A stretch of 64,000 bases of DNA from an uncultured Nitrospiraceae bacterium (GCA_963706325.1 CAVPLT010000007.1:416001-480000); one strand, 5' to 3'. Positions 1 through 10,770 are shown, numbered from the stretch's first letter. Program-made: numbers and translations. Notes: generated by a model not told the origin, from the letters alone.

Positions 1-68
1 AGCTCGGATTTCGTCGCCTGTTACACGTGTTCAGCATGCAGTCATATCTTATCTACAAGGAGGTCCAT

Positions 69-662
69 ATGCCATATCGCACGATGATCACTACCTGTTT
101 GTGCCTGGTTCTAGCCACCGTTCCGGTCCTTGCCAAGGACAAGAAGCCGACTGAGGCGGAGATGCAGGCGATGATGGAGACGTACAAGAAACTGGCGATG
201 CCCGGCGAGCCGCACAAGCAACTGGCCGCTTTGGCCGGCAGCTGGACCACACAGACTAAATCGTGGATGGACCCGAACAAGCCCCCGATGGAATCCGCCG
301 GCACAGCTGAGATGAAGATGCTGCTGGACGGGCGTTTTCTCCAGCAGGAGTTCACCGGCGAGATGATGGGCCAACCCTTCTCCGGGATCGGGATCGATGG
401 ATATGACAATCTTCGCAAAAAATATGTCACGACCTGGATCGACACCATGGGCACTGGGATCTTTTCGATGGAAGGCACGGCGAGCGCGGATGGCAAGACT
501 ATTACGCTGAAAGGTCAGCATGCGGAGGCAGGCGGCGGGCACATGACCCATCGCGCCGTCTGGAAGATTCTAGACCATAACACTCACACCTTTGTGATGT
601 ATGGTGCTCATGCAGGGGGGAAAGAAATGAAGATGATGGAGATTACCTACACACGGAAATAA
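69..662 (+). CDS. DUF1579-family secreted protein
   Basis: AAGGAGG RBS before ATG 69; signal peptide; PGEPHKQL..LAGSW and GIDGYDN..KKYVTTWIDTMGTG motifs typical of DUF1579. Confidence 0.8.
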   Translation: MPYRTMITTCLCLVLATVPVLAKDKKPTEAEMQAMMETYKKLAMPGEPHKQLAALAGSWTTQTKSWMDPNKPPMESAGTAEMKMLLDGRFLQQEFTGEMMGQPFSGIGIDGYDNLRKKYVTTWIDTMGTGIFSMEGTASADGKTITLKGQHAEAGGGHMTHRAVWKILDHNTHTFVMYGAHAGGKEMKMMEITYTRK

Positions 663-860
663 GATCGCGTATGGTCAGGCCCAAGGCGCCGGCTGTTGGC
701 CTTAAGCTCGGCCGGGCCTAGTTTCGCCGGCCCTAAGTCGACTCCGAAGACGGGGACGATTGGCGAGGTACCGGTCGATGTAATACGGGCTTGAGACATG
801 CAAGCGGCGCACAATCGTTTCGTTGCACGATGATCACGCACCATTCAAACGGAGAAAAGC

Positions 861-2042
861 ATGAACACGATTCGGGTACTCGTCGGGACGAGGAAAGGCG
901 CATTCATTTTGACGTCGGACGGGACGCGCCGGCAGTGGGCAGTCAGCGGACCTCATTTCGCCGGCTGGGAGTTGTACCATCTTAAAGGATCTCCCGTTGA
1001 TCCCAACCGATTGTATGCGTCGCAGACCAGCAGCTGGTTCGGCCAGGTCATTCAGCGTTCGGATGATGGTGGCCAGACATGGAACCCGCCAGGAACCAAA
1101 CCGGAAGACCTCATGGGTCAGGATGGGATGCCTAAGGGTGAAAGCAATATGTTTGTATATGACGCTTCCCAAGAGACCGGGAAGCCCCTGACGACGCACC
1201 AGCATTACGACGGCACGCAGCGTCCGTGGGAGTTTAGGCGCGTCTGGCATCTGGAACCGTCGCTTACCGATCCCGACACGGTGTATGCCGGCGTGGAAGA
1301 TGCCGCCTTGTTTCGTTCGACCAACGGCGGGAAGACGTGGCAGGAGCTGGCGGGACTGCGCGACGCAAAAGGAAGCCTCTGGCAGCCTGGCGCAGGCGGT
1401 ATGTGTCTCCACACCATCATGCTGGACCGGAGCAATCCTGAGCGTATCTTCATTGCCATTTCAGCGGCGGGGGCCTTCCGAACGGACGACGCCGGCAAGA
1501 CTTGGAAGCCGATCAACCGTGGTCTCAAGTCGCAGTATGAGCTGCCCGATCCGGAGGCTGAAGTCGGCCACTGTGTCCATCGTATCGCGATGCATCCGTC
1601 GCGCCCGAACGTGCTGTACATGCAAAAGCACTGGGATGTCATGCGGAGCGACGATGCGGGCGGGTCCTGGCACGAGATCAGCGGAAACCTCCCGACCGAT
1701 TTTGGGTTTCCCATCGACGTGCATGCCCATGAACCAGAAACCATTTACGTCGTCCCGATTAAGAGCGATTCAGAACATTTTCCTCCCGATGGCAAGCTGC
1801 GCATCTATCGGAGCCGTACCGGAGGGAACGAGTGGGAAGCGTTGACCAAAGGACTGCCTCAGCGAGACTGCTATGTGAATGTCTTGCGGGACGCGATGGC
1901 CGTGGATTCGCTGGACCCCTGCGGGGTCTACGTGGGCACCACTGGAGGGCAAGTGTACGGTTCGGCTGATGGGGGGGATAGCTGGGGGCCGATCGTGCGG
2001 GATCTTCCGGCGGTGTTGTCCGTCGAGGTCCAAACGCTGTAG
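861..2042 (+). CDS. BNR/Asp-box beta-propeller protein (sialidase-like)
   Basis: Multiple SxDxGxTW Asp-box repeats; VLVGTRKG N-terminus. Confidence 0.85.
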   Translation: MNTIRVLVGTRKGAFILTSDGTRRQWAVSGPHFAGWELYHLKGSPVDPNRLYASQTSSWFGQVIQRSDDGGQTWNPPGTKPEDLMGQDGMPKGESNMFVYDASQETGKPLTTHQHYDGTQRPWEFRRVWHLEPSLTDPDTVYAGVEDAALFRSTNGGKTWQELAGLRDAKGSLWQPGAGGMCLHTIMLDRSNPERIFIAISAAGAFRTDDAGKTWKPINRGLKSQYELPDPEAEVGHCVHRIAMHPSRPNVLYMQKHWDVMRSDDAGGSWHEISGNLPTDFGFPIDVHAHEPETIYVVPIKSDSEHFPPDGKLRIYRSRTGGNEWEALTKGLPQRDCYVNVLRDAMAVDSLDPCGVYVGTTGGQVYGSADGGDSWGPIVRDLPAVLSVEVQTL

Positions 2043-2043
2043 C

Positions 2044-2163
2044 AGCGCTGAAGACGGCCTCCAGCGGCCTTCTCGCTTCCCAAGCGTCCTCAACGCAGCC
2101 TTTAGACTGCGCCTCCGGGGTTTCCATCGGCTGCGGCTTTGCTGAAAGGCCGTTTTGGACGCT
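2044..2163. repeat. Palindromic intergenic REP/MITE-like element
   Basis: Imperfect terminal inverted repeats AGCGCTGAAGACGGCCTCCAGC / GCTGAAAGGCCGTTTTGGACGCT; degenerate relative at ~2520-2620. Confidence 0.6.
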
Positions 2164-2212
2164 CGCGAGAAGTAGCGCGCTCCAGAATTCACTCCAAGGG
2201 AACTGACGCGAC

Positions 2213-2509
2213 ATGATTCGAGTCATACTGCCGGCACATTTGCGGACCTTGGCGCGCATCAACGGTGAGGTGACGTTAAACTTCGAGGGTCTGGTGACGC
2301 AGCGCTCGGTGCTTGACGCGATCGAGGCACGCTACCCGATGCTGCGGGGGACGATCCGCGACCACCTTACGCAACGGCGCCGACCCTTCGTGAGGTTCTT
2401 CGCGTGCGAGCAGGATCTCTCTCACGAATCGCCGGATGCGGCATTGCCAGACGCGGTCGCGACAGGAGCCGAGCCGTTTCTGATCGTGGGCGCGATGGCG
2501 GGAGGCTGA
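2213..2509 (+). CDS. MoaD/ThiS-family ubiquitin-like protein
   Basis: 98 aa, beta-grasp pattern, C-terminal Gly-Gly (AMAGG). Confidence 0.85.
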   Translation: MIRVILPAHLRTLARINGEVTLNFEGLVTQRSVLDAIEARYPMLRGTIRDHLTQRRRPFVRFFACEQDLSHESPDAALPDAVATGAEPFLIVGAMAGG

Positions 2510-2519
2510 TAGGCTTTTG

Positions 2520-2622
2520 ATAGAGTCCGCCAGCGGGGTTTTCGGAGCGCTTCTGTTTGCGACGCACCGTTAAGGTACGCCTGAGTTGCCGCGCTTTCGA
2601 TGGCCTTGTCCGACAGCATGTT
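2520..2622. repeat. Degenerate copy of the palindromic intergenic repeat
   Basis: Shares CCAGCGG..TT.TCG, ACGCA.C.TTA...CGCCT and GGC.TTG blocks with 2044-2163. Confidence 0.4.
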
Positions 2623-2954
2623 CCGCCTACAGTGTTCGACGAGCATCAACGCTCTGCTGAAGAAGATCTTTCCGCTCCTCAACGACTTCATGATTTCAGC
2701 GCCTGGCTCCCCCTTTGAAAAGCTGGACCCTACGATGAAGCGAATCTACGGCGCCGCCGCGAGCGGATTGGGGCTTGGTACGGGTGGGAAAGTGACGGGA
2801 AGGGTGACGTGGCTTGGAGATCGATCCTCATCGTCTCCACTTGATCGAGGACAGAAGAAATCGTTTAATACCTATAGCATCGAACTTGCGATGTCTTTAG
2901 AGGGCTTGGACACGCAACTCTTCCACCCTCGGAGGTCACAAAGGAGAATTTTAC

Positions 2955-3423
2955 ATGACTTACAGCCGAGGAATTGAGCGATGTGGGCTGGCGATCCTCT
3001 GTGTTTGCGCAATGTCAGTCGTTGCATCAGCCGCAGACCATCCCAGCGAAGACCTGAGTTGATGCGCAGTTCAAGACGATGGATACGGACGGGAATGGGA
3101 GGGTGTCACCGGATGAGCATGCGGCCGGGGCAAAAAAAATGTTCGATGCGATGGATGCCAACAAAGACGGCACGGTGACAATCGCTGAAATGGATACCAT
3201 CCATAAAAATATACCTGGAAAGCAGCCGAAGGGCAGCGATTTGTCTTCGGTCGAAAAGATTAAGGCAGTCGATAAGAATGGGGACGGACTATTGAGTGCG
3301 GAAGAGCATGCCGATGGTTCTAGAAAGATGTTCAGCAAGATGGACACAGACAGGGATGGCTTCCTCAGTCGGGCGGAATTGACGGCAGGCCATGAGAAGA
3401 TGCTGAAAAAAACCGAACCATAG
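2955..3423 (+). pseudogene. Secreted EF-hand calcium-binding protein, frameshifted near 3055
   Basis: AAGGAG RBS + ATG 2955 gives a signal peptide that stops at ~3062; the +1 frame from 3058 (VDAQFKTMDTDGNGRVS..) carries four DxDxDG EF-hand loops. Confidence 0.65.
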
Positions 3424-3486
3424 AATTTCTTTGTGCGCGATCTACAAAGCCCCAACAGCGAATCTATTTCTGTGCTTGAAAATTGT

Positions 3487-3562
3487 CTGCCGACTTTGCG
3501 CAGATGAGTAAGCTGCCGACTGATGGGCAGTTGCCGATTATTCGGCAGCTGCCCGTCGGCAG
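3487..3562. promoter_or_regulatory. Array of (C/T)TGCC..GCAG palindromes, candidate enhancer (UAS)
   Basis: Four tandem imperfect palindromes at 3487, 3513, 3531 and 3549. Confidence 0.55.
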
Positions 3563-3655
3563 TTCTCATCTACGTTGCCGTCTCACTAATCTCACATCCC
3601 GTATTTTCCAATACAGTCCTTGATTAATTGGCTGTAAGCCCCTGCACCGTGACCA

Positions 3656-3671
3656 AGGAATGGTCATTGCT
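3656..3671 (+). promoter_or_regulatory. Candidate sigma-54 promoter
   Basis: AGGAATGGTCATTGCT: GG-N10-GC with TTGCT, ~100 bp downstream of the palindrome array. Confidence 0.5.
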
Positions 3672-3766
3672 ATAAGCACGAGCATGCGAGCACCACCACA
3701 TCGTCCGGGTTGTATGCACGAAGGATATCAGTAGATGTCTGGGATAACTGATCGTAAGGTGACGGC

Positions 3767-4051
3767 TTGCTGAGGATCACGACCGACTGTTCCAAGGATA
3801 CTGTGAAGCTGCGACTGGAAGGTCGTCTCACTGGCCCCTGGGTGCAGGAATTGGAGCGTTCTTGGATGGAGCTTTCTCCCGAGCAACGCAGAGGCGCCGT
3901 GGTGGATCTGGCTGGGGTCATTTCCATTGGAGAGGATGGAAGGCGATTACTGGTGACGATGTGGGAGCAGGGCGCGGTGTTTCATGCGACGGACTGCCTC
4001 ACACGATCGCTCGTGGAGAACATTACAGGATTCGGGCGGACCCAGGAATGA
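3767..4051 (+). CDS. Small STAS-like domain protein
   Basis: LRLEGRL.GPWV.EL...VDLAGV..I...G..LL pattern of STAS-like proteins. Confidence 0.7.
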   Translation: MLRITTDCSKDTVKLRLEGRLTGPWVQELERSWMELSPEQRRGAVVDLAGVISIGEDGRRLLVTMWEQGAVFHATDCLTRSLVENITGFGRTQE

Positions 4052-4211
4052 CCAGTAGGCGAAATCACACAGCCGCCTGACGAATAGAGATGATCTATTC
4101 CTCGGCGTGGTGCCGGGCACTCCGTTGCTTACAAGTGACTCAACCAGTAAGATAGGCGTCGTCCGTCACCTTATGCGAATTGCCGTTTTAGTTTTTTATC
4201 AGGGAGCGAGC

Positions 4212-5408
4212 ATGGCCAGGCGAACGCATACATCAACGCTAGCCTCGATTCTGACCGGATGTCTCGTTCTGGCTTTGTTGCCGGCGTGCAAGCAACAGGC
4301 CGCTTCGACGGCGCCTCCTCCGGTCACCCAAGTGGGTATCATTGTGGCGACAGCTCAGGATATCCCAGATGAACCGGAGTTCATTGGGCAGGCGGAATCT
4401 TCACGCCCGGTCGAAATCCGATCACAGGTCACGGGGATATTGAAGGCTTGGTTTTTTAAGGAAGGCCGCGATGTCAAGAAGGGCGACCGTCTGTATCAGA
4501 TCGATCCCGTTCCATTCCATGCCGCTATGCTAAGCGCCAAAGCGAAAGTCTCCCAATCGGAAGCACGATTGGTCCAAGCCCGGCAAAACTTTGCCCGTGT
4601 TAAACCCTTGTTGGCCGAGCAGGCCGTGAGCACGAAAGATGTAGACGATGCTGTCGCGGAGGAATTGGCGGCAAAAGCGGCGCTGGAAGGCGCCAAGGCA
4701 GAGCTCGTCAAAGCCAAATTTGATCTCGACAACACGCTGACTATAGCTCCGATCGATGGCATGATCGAGCGCACGCGCGTCTATGAAGGTCGACTGGTGT
4801 CGGCCCAGACCGACTTGCTGACGGTCATTCATCAGATCGATCCTATGTATGTAATTGTCAGTGCGCCGGAAAGCTTTTTGCTGAAACGACGTCGGGACAG
4901 CGATGCCAAGCGAATTCAACATCCTGGTGTCTATCAATTGCGCGGTGTGCTCACATTTGTGGACGGCACGATCTACGAGCATGAAGGGGTATTGGACCTT
5001 CTAGATATCGGACTGAAGACTGATACAGGGTCGCGGCAAGCGCGAGTCGTCTTTCCCAATCCTGATCGGGTGTTATTGCCAGGGCAGTTTGTGCGGGTGA
5101 AATTTAAAGGCACCCTCAAGACCGGGGCGATCCTCGTACCGCAGCGCGCGGTCCAGCAAGGCGCGAAGGGTTCGATCATTTTTGTCGTCGGAATCGAGGA
5201 TAAGGTTGAGATGCGGGAGATCCAGGCGACGAGTTGGCAAGGGAAGCAGTGGATCGTCGAGGAAGGTCTGCATGTGGGTGAACGTGTTATCGTCGATGGT
5301 CTGCATAAGATCGCACCCGGAGCCCCGGTGAAGCCTATGCCGCTTCCGGATCCTGGTGCGCCGACCGTTCCGACTGCTGCCCCGCCTAAAGCGGAGCAGG
5401 CCTCGTGA
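4212..5408 (+). CDS. RND efflux periplasmic adaptor (AcrA/MexA-like lipoprotein)
   Basis: Lipobox LPAC; VEIRSQVTG, LYQIDP, APIDG, LLPGQFVRV motifs. Confidence 0.92.
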   Translation: MARRTHTSTLASILTGCLVLALLPACKQQAASTAPPPVTQVGIIVATAQDIPDEPEFIGQAESSRPVEIRSQVTGILKAWFFKEGRDVKKGDRLYQIDPVPFHAAMLSAKAKVSQSEARLVQARQNFARVKPLLAEQAVSTKDVDDAVAEELAAKAALEGAKAELVKAKFDLDNTLTIAPIDGMIERTRVYEGRLVSAQTDLLTVIHQIDPMYVIVSAPESFLLKRRRDSDAKRIQHPGVYQLRGVLTFVDGTIYEHEGVLDLLDIGLKTDTGSRQARVVFPNPDRVLLPGQFVRVKFKGTLKTGAILVPQRAVQQGAKGSIIFVVGIEDKVEMREIQATSWQGKQWIVEEGLHVGERVIVDGLHKIAPGAPVKPMPLPDPGAPTVPTAAPPKAEQAS

Positions 5409-8400
5409 TCTCTCACTTTTTCATCGACCGTCCAATTTTTGCTTCGGTCTTGTCCATCGTCATTGTCGTGATCGGGTTGGTGGCCTTGCGGGCGCTCCCC
5501 ATCGCTCAATTCCCTGAAATCACTCCGCCTGTCGTTCAAGTCGAGGCCGACTATCCCGGCGCCAACGCGGAAATCGTGGCTGATTCGGTTGCGCGTCCCA
5601 TCGAAGTCCAGCTCCCAGGAATCGACAATTTGCTGTACTACGATTCCACCAGCACCAACGACGGGCACATGTCCATCAAGCTGACGTTCGAGATCGGCAC
5701 CGACGTCGACATCGCTCAAGTCCAAACGCAGAATCGGGTGAAGCTCGCCGAACCGCAACTTCCTCCGGAGGTCGTGCGCCAGGGCATCAGCATCACGAAA
5801 GTCTCGCCGGATCTGCTGGCGGTCGTGGCCTTGAGTTCGACCGATCCGACCCACGATACCGTCTATTTGTCCAACTACGCGATTCTCCGCGTTCTCGACA
5901 ACTTAAAGCGGTTGCGTGGTGTGGGCAATGCCATTGTCTTCGGCTCGCAAAACTATTCGATGCGGCTGATCCTGGATCCGATCAGAATGGCACAGCTCAG
6001 CCTCACGCCGACGGACATTTCGAGCGTCGTCCGTGAGCAGAACCGAGATTTTCCTGCCGGAACCATTGGCCGTGAACCGGCCTTGAAGGGAACCGAACTG
6101 ACCATTCCCGTCATCACGCAAGGCCGGCTGACCGAAGTGAAGGATTTTGAGGATCTGATTGTCCGTGCCATGCCGAACGGCTCGATGATCCGATTGAAGG
6201 ATGTGGCGCGCGTTGAGCTGGGGGCGCAATCGTACACGCTGGAAGGGCGATGGAACGGTAAGCCGAACGTTTTCCTGCTGACCTTCCTTTCGCCCGGGGC
6301 CAACGCGCTCGATACGGTCAAGCGGGTGAGGGCCGAACTAGCGGAAGTTTCCAAGAGCTTCCCCACCGGGGTGTCCTACGATATCCCCTACGATACGACA
6401 CGCTTCATCGAAGTCTCCATTCAAGAAGTGGTGAAGACGCTGGCAGAAGCCATGGTACTGGTCATTCTTGTGGTGTATCTCTTTCTTCAGAGCTGGCGCG
6501 CGACGTTGATTCCCGGCGTGGCGGTGCCGGTATCCTTGATCGGGACCTTCGCCGGCATGCAAGCCCTGGGATTTTCCATCAATACCCTGACTCTCTTCGG
6601 GATGGTGTTGGCCATCGGTATCGTGGTGGACGATGCCATCGTCGTGGTGGAAAACTGCGAACGTCATATGACGCAGGGAAAGCTGTCGCCGAAGCAGGCG
6701 GCCAAGCGGGCAATGGAAGAGGTGACTGGGCCGGTCATCGCCATCGTGCTGGTGCTGTGCGCGGTGTTCGTGCCGGTCGGGTTCTTGGGCGGTATCACCG
6801 GTGAACTGTACAAGCAGTTTGCGATTACCATTTCGATCGCGGTGATTATTTCGGGGTTTGTTGCCCTGACATTAAGTCCGGCGCTGTGCGCGCTCGTGTT
6901 GAAACCTGGCGAGGAGAGCCACGGTGGTTTCTTCGGTTTCTTCAATCGGACCTTTAGCTGGATGCAGACTCGGTACATTACCACCGTGGGTGTGGCGATG
7001 AAACGCCGCATGCTTTCATTAGCCGTATTCGGCGTCCTGTTGATAGCCGTATTTATGCTCTTCAGAGTTCTTCCCGGAAGTTTTTTGCCGGAGGAGGACC
7101 AAGGGTATTTCATCACGATTGTTCAATTGCCTGACGGTGCCTCCAAGCAGCGGACCGACGCGGTGTTGAGCAAGATCGAAAGCTATTTTCTATCGAATCC
7201 AGTGATCCATTCGACCGATGCCTTATCAGGCCAAAATTTTGTCTTTAATACACGAGGCCCTAACGCCGCGACAATGTTTGTGCCATTGAGGCATTGGGAT
7301 GAGCGTACGGCGCCGCAACATCATGTGAAAGCTATCATTGGTGCGGCCTATGCGGAGTTTGCCAAGATTCCGGAGGCGCTAATCCTGGCCTTCAATGCGC
7401 CGTCAATTCGAGGGCTGGGCGCCACGGGGGGGTTTACCTTACAGCTTCAGGATCCGAGCAGCGGGGACTTCAATAAGTTTTCCGCCGCTGCGCAAGAGTT
7501 TGTGACCAAGGCACGGCAACATCCGGCTGTCGGCGCTATCGGCACGAGCTTCCGAGTCAGTGCGCCACGCATTTATGCCAAAGTGAACCGCGAGCGCGCC
7601 AAGGCTTTGGGTGTGCCGATTTCTGAAGTGTTCGATACCATGCAGGCGTTTTTTGGAAACTTCTACATTAATGATTTCATCAAATTCGGTCGAGTATTTC
7701 GCGTACAGACAGAGGCCGAAGCGCAATACCGATCCACGCCCGAAGCTATTTCGAAAATCTATGTGCGGGCCCATGGGTCGCAAGGCACGACGATGATTCC
7801 CTTGGATACCGTCGTGAGTACCGAGTTTACGAGCGGCCCCGATCCTGTGACACATTTCAATGGGTACAATACTGCGCTCGTGCTTGGGGCGGCTGCTTCG
7901 GGATTCAGTTCGGGTCAAGTGCTCAATGCGCTGGAAGATATAGCGAATGAGGTGCTCGTGCCGAAAGGTTATGGGGTCGATTGGAGTGGAATCTCCTTTC
8001 AGGAACGCATGGTCGGGAGTCAGTCGCTCTATGCGTTTGCCTTTGGATTGTTAATGGTGTTTTTGGTGCTTGCCGCTCAGTATGAGAGTTGGGTCGTCCC
8101 CTTTGCGGTGATTTTAGCCGTGCCCATCGGATTGTTCGGCGCTCTCAGCGCTGTCTGGCTTAAAGGCATGAGCAACGACATCTATTTTCAAATCGGCTTG
8201 GTAACCCTAATTGGACTGTCCGCGAAGAATGCGATCTTGATCGTGGAATTTGCAAATAGACGTTACGAAGAAGGCCATCCCTTGTTGGAGTCGACAGTTG
8301 AAGCAGCTAAACTTCGCTTTCGTCCGATCGTCATGACTTCCATGGCCTTTATTCTGGGTGTGGTCCCGCTTGTTATTGCCACCGGCGCCGGCGCCGCCAG

Positions 8401-8587
8401 TCGTAATTCGATCGGCACCGGAGTGTTCGGAGGAATGTTGGCGGCCACATTTCTGGCAATTTTCTTCGTGCCGCTCTTCTTTGTGCTTATTCGATCACTG
8501 AGTCATCGATTGACAGGCAAGACCCCCCATCCGCCTCGAAGTGAAGCAGATGGAACCGAGAAGGAGCGAGATTATCAGCATGCGTAG
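5405..8587 (+). CDS. RND efflux permease (HAE1, AcrB-like)
   Basis: FFIDRPIFA, GIVVDDAIVVVEN, KNAILIVEFA, RFRPIVMTS; 1060 aa. Confidence 0.95.
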   Translation: MISHFFIDRPIFASVLSIVIVVIGLVALRALPIAQFPEITPPVVQVEADYPGANAEIVADSVARPIEVQLPGIDNLLYYDSTSTNDGHMSIKLTFEIGTDVDIAQVQTQNRVKLAEPQLPPEVVRQGISITKVSPDLLAVVALSSTDPTHDTVYLSNYAILRVLDNLKRLRGVGNAIVFGSQNYSMRLILDPIRMAQLSLTPTDISSVVREQNRDFPAGTIGREPALKGTELTIPVITQGRLTEVKDFEDLIVRAMPNGSMIRLKDVARVELGAQSYTLEGRWNGKPNVFLLTFLSPGANALDTVKRVRAELAEVSKSFPTGVSYDIPYDTTRFIEVSIQEVVKTLAEAMVLVILVVYLFLQSWRATLIPGVAVPVSLIGTFAGMQALGFSINTLTLFGMVLAIGIVVDDAIVVVENCERHMTQGKLSPKQAAKRAMEEVTGPVIAIVLVLCAVFVPVGFLGGITGELYKQFAITISIAVIISGFVALTLSPALCALVLKPGEESHGGFFGFFNRTFSWMQTRYITTVGVAMKRRMLSLAVFGVLLIAVFMLFRVLPGSFLPEEDQGYFITIVQLPDGASKQRTDAVLSKIESYFLSNPVIHSTDALSGQNFVFNTRGPNAATMFVPLRHWDERTAPQHHVKAIIGAAYAEFAKIPEALILAFNAPSIRGLGATGGFTLQLQDPSSGDFNKFSAAAQEFVTKARQHPAVGAIGTSFRVSAPRIYAKVNRERAKALGVPISEVFDTMQAFFGNFYINDFIKFGRVFRVQTEAEAQYRSTPEAISKIYVRAHGSQGTTMIPLDTVVSTEFTSGPDPVTHFNGYNTALVLGAAASGFSSGQVLNALEDIANEVLVPKGYGVDWSGISFQERMVGSQSLYAFAFGLLMVFLVLAAQYESWVVPFAVILAVPIGLFGALSAVWLKGMSNDIYFQIGLVTLIGLSAKNAILIVEFANRRYEEGHPLLESTVEAAKLRFRPIVMTSMAFILGVVPLVIATGAGAASRNSIGTGVFGGMLAATFLAIFFVPLFFVLIRSLSHRLTGKTPHPPRSEADGTEKERDYQHA

Positions 8588-10016
8588 AATGGCTCTCGTA
8601 CTCGCATCAACCCTATTGGCCGCCTGCGCCGTCGGGCCGGATTTCACGAAGCCGGACGCCACAACGCCGAACGGGTTCCGCATGGCCGAACCAGGCGATA
8701 ATGCTGCCTCAATCGCCAATACGCCTTGGTGGAAATTGCTGAAGGATCAAGAGCTACAAAAGCTCATCCGCAGGGCGTTAGAAGAAAATAAGGATCTCAA
8801 ACGCGCAGCCGCGGCGGTGGAGGAATTTCAGGCCCGCTTGTTCATCTCGAAGAACGACTTTGCACCTCAATTGAGCGTGTCGGCCAATGCGCCGAGCTTT
8901 GGCCGAAGAAGCGTATTTCTAGTTCCAGGATTTCCGAACCCGTTCAACTACTACTTGCAGGGAAATTTGTCGTGGGAGCTCGACATTTGGGGCCGTATCC
9001 GTCGGTCAAATGAGGCGGCTCGCGGCGAACTTCTGTCACGTGAAGAGAACCGGCGCGCCATTGTGTTGCAGCTGGTGAGCGGTGTGGCAGAGGCCTACTT
9101 CGAGCTGCTGCAGTTCGATATGCAGCTCGATATTGCGCGGCGGACGCTGAAATCGTGGGAAGAGTCTGTCAGGATCGCGCAGGCACGATTGCGGCAGGGA
9201 ATGATCTCCAAACTCGATGCCGACCAATTTGAAGCTGAACGGGCCAATGCTGCAGCGAGGGCTGCTGAATTTGAACGTCAGAAGGTACAGAAGGAAAATC
9301 AGCTCAGTGTGTTGCTGGGTCGGAACCCTGGCCTGATTGCCCGGGGGCATTCCCTGACGGAGCAAGTGATGCCCCCGGATGTGCCGCCAGGTCTTCCCTC
9401 GGAACTCCTTCAGCGACGTCCGGATATCCTGCAGGCTGAACAGGATCTCGCCGCAGCCACGGCTCGCATTGGGATGGCAAAGGCTGATCGATTTCCGAAG
9501 CTCAGCATCACGGGCATTCTAGGAGTAGCAAGTCCGCATCTGTCACGGCTGGTGGCCAACGAAACCGCATTCGGGGTGGCTGGGCCTAGCCTCGCCGGGC
9601 CATTGTTTAACGCACAAATCCTTGGGTTTCAACAGCGGGCAGCGGAAGCCCAAGCCAGTCAAGCATTGGCGCAGTATGAACAATCGGTGTTGGTTGCCTT
9701 CAAGGAAGTGGAAGATTCTCTAGTGGCGGTTAGAACCGTGCGCGAACAACGAGCGGCACAGTTGCAACAAGTCGAGGCCTTGCGGTCGGCACTCAGTCTG
9801 GCCAGTCTTCGCTATAAGGGTGGTCTGGCGAATTATTTGGATGTGTTGATTGCCCAACGTAGTCTGTTCGAAGCCGAATTGGCGCTCATGGGTACGCATC
9901 GATTGCATTTGGTATCCATCGTACAGTTGTACAAGGCATTGGGGGGTGGATGGACTCCAGAAGAGAATCCGCCGATTCAACCGCTGCCGGTTGCCTCCGA
10001 TCTTGAAAAAACTTAA
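8580..10016 (+). CDS. RND outer-membrane factor lipoprotein (NodT/OprM-like)
   Basis: LAAC lipobox, WELDIWG, PSELLQRRPDI, LYKALGGGW. Confidence 0.93.
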   Translation: MRRMALVLASTLLAACAVGPDFTKPDATTPNGFRMAEPGDNAASIANTPWWKLLKDQELQKLIRRALEENKDLKRAAAAVEEFQARLFISKNDFAPQLSVSANAPSFGRRSVFLVPGFPNPFNYYLQGNLSWELDIWGRIRRSNEAARGELLSREENRRAIVLQLVSGVAEAYFELLQFDMQLDIARRTLKSWEESVRIAQARLRQGMISKLDADQFEAERANAAARAAEFERQKVQKENQLSVLLGRNPGLIARGHSLTEQVMPPDVPPGLPSELLQRRPDILQAEQDLAAATARIGMAKADRFPKLSITGILGVASPHLSRLVANETAFGVAGPSLAGPLFNAQILGFQQRAAEAQASQALAQYEQSVLVAFKEVEDSLVAVRTVREQRAAQLQQVEALRSALSLASLRYKGGLANYLDVLIAQRSLFEAELALMGTHRLHLVSIVQLYKALGGGWTPEENPPIQPLPVASDLEKT

Positions 10017-10171
10017 GAGCGCATTGTCTGTAGACTGCGAGCTTTGTCATCCTATCATTGACGGTTGTTCAATCTTCGCCTCCCCCACTTCTGTATATTT
10101 GCTTCGCCCCCCCTCAACGGGTTCACCATGGTAGTCCAGAGTTGGCCTGCATAGTCCGAGGGTCGGCCGTT

Positions 10172-10591
10172 TTACTGTGTAGGGGAGCAAAATGGCCGAG
10201 TTGATTTTGGCCGCGGGGACAGTATACGGGCGAGAGTTCCACCTAAAATCGCCATGAGTATGACGGTGACACCACTATGTATCCATGCCAGGTAGGTCTG
10301 GATCCCAAAGGCGATATTTGTGAGGTTAAAGGTCCAGAAAATGACGGCTACCCAGGCCACGTGTTCGACACGATTGCTGGGGATTCGCGTGCCTGTAATC
10401 GCAAAACCAATTGCTCCCGACAGCAAGTTCGCCAGGTAGGCACTTGATGGATTATTTTGCATGGTGAGGCCCGCAATGGCCGAGCCCAACCCGCCCACAA
10501 ATGTAAGCCCGTACACAGTGAAAGCGTCGAGTAGCACACATTGCACAGTAACGGTCATCGCGGATGCCTCTGGTGTGGATAGTCGCCCCAT
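10172..10591 (-). CDS. Hypothetical membrane protein
   Basis: About four hydrophobic segments. Confidence 0.55.
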   Translation of the reverse strand: MGRLSTPEASAMTVTVQCVLLDAFTVYGLTFVGGLGSAIAGLTMQNNPSSAYLANLLSGAIGFAITGTRIPSNRVEHVAWVAVIFWTFNLTNIAFGIQTYLAWIHSGVTVILMAILGGTLARILSPRPKSTRPFCSPTQ

Positions 10592-10770
10592 TTGCTGGAT
10601 TCCAATAGTTTAAAGATCAAGAATAGAAGTGTTGAGGGAGCTCGCTGGGAATGGTACTGGGGCGCGGTTCAGCATTCTTGCTGTTGATGTGGGAGGTGTT
10701 CATGGAAGATTCCTTCTGTGAAGCAGTGGAACGGTAAATGTTATGCTCAGATTCGATAATCATCCGGGAC

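Noticed and set aside
678..745. Degenerate ~15-nt tandem GGCC repeats
   Set aside because: Too short and irregular for a CRISPR array or iteron set.
2600..2977. 125-aa ORF
   Set aside because: Starts inside a repeat element, has no recognisable motif and overlaps the next gene's RBS.
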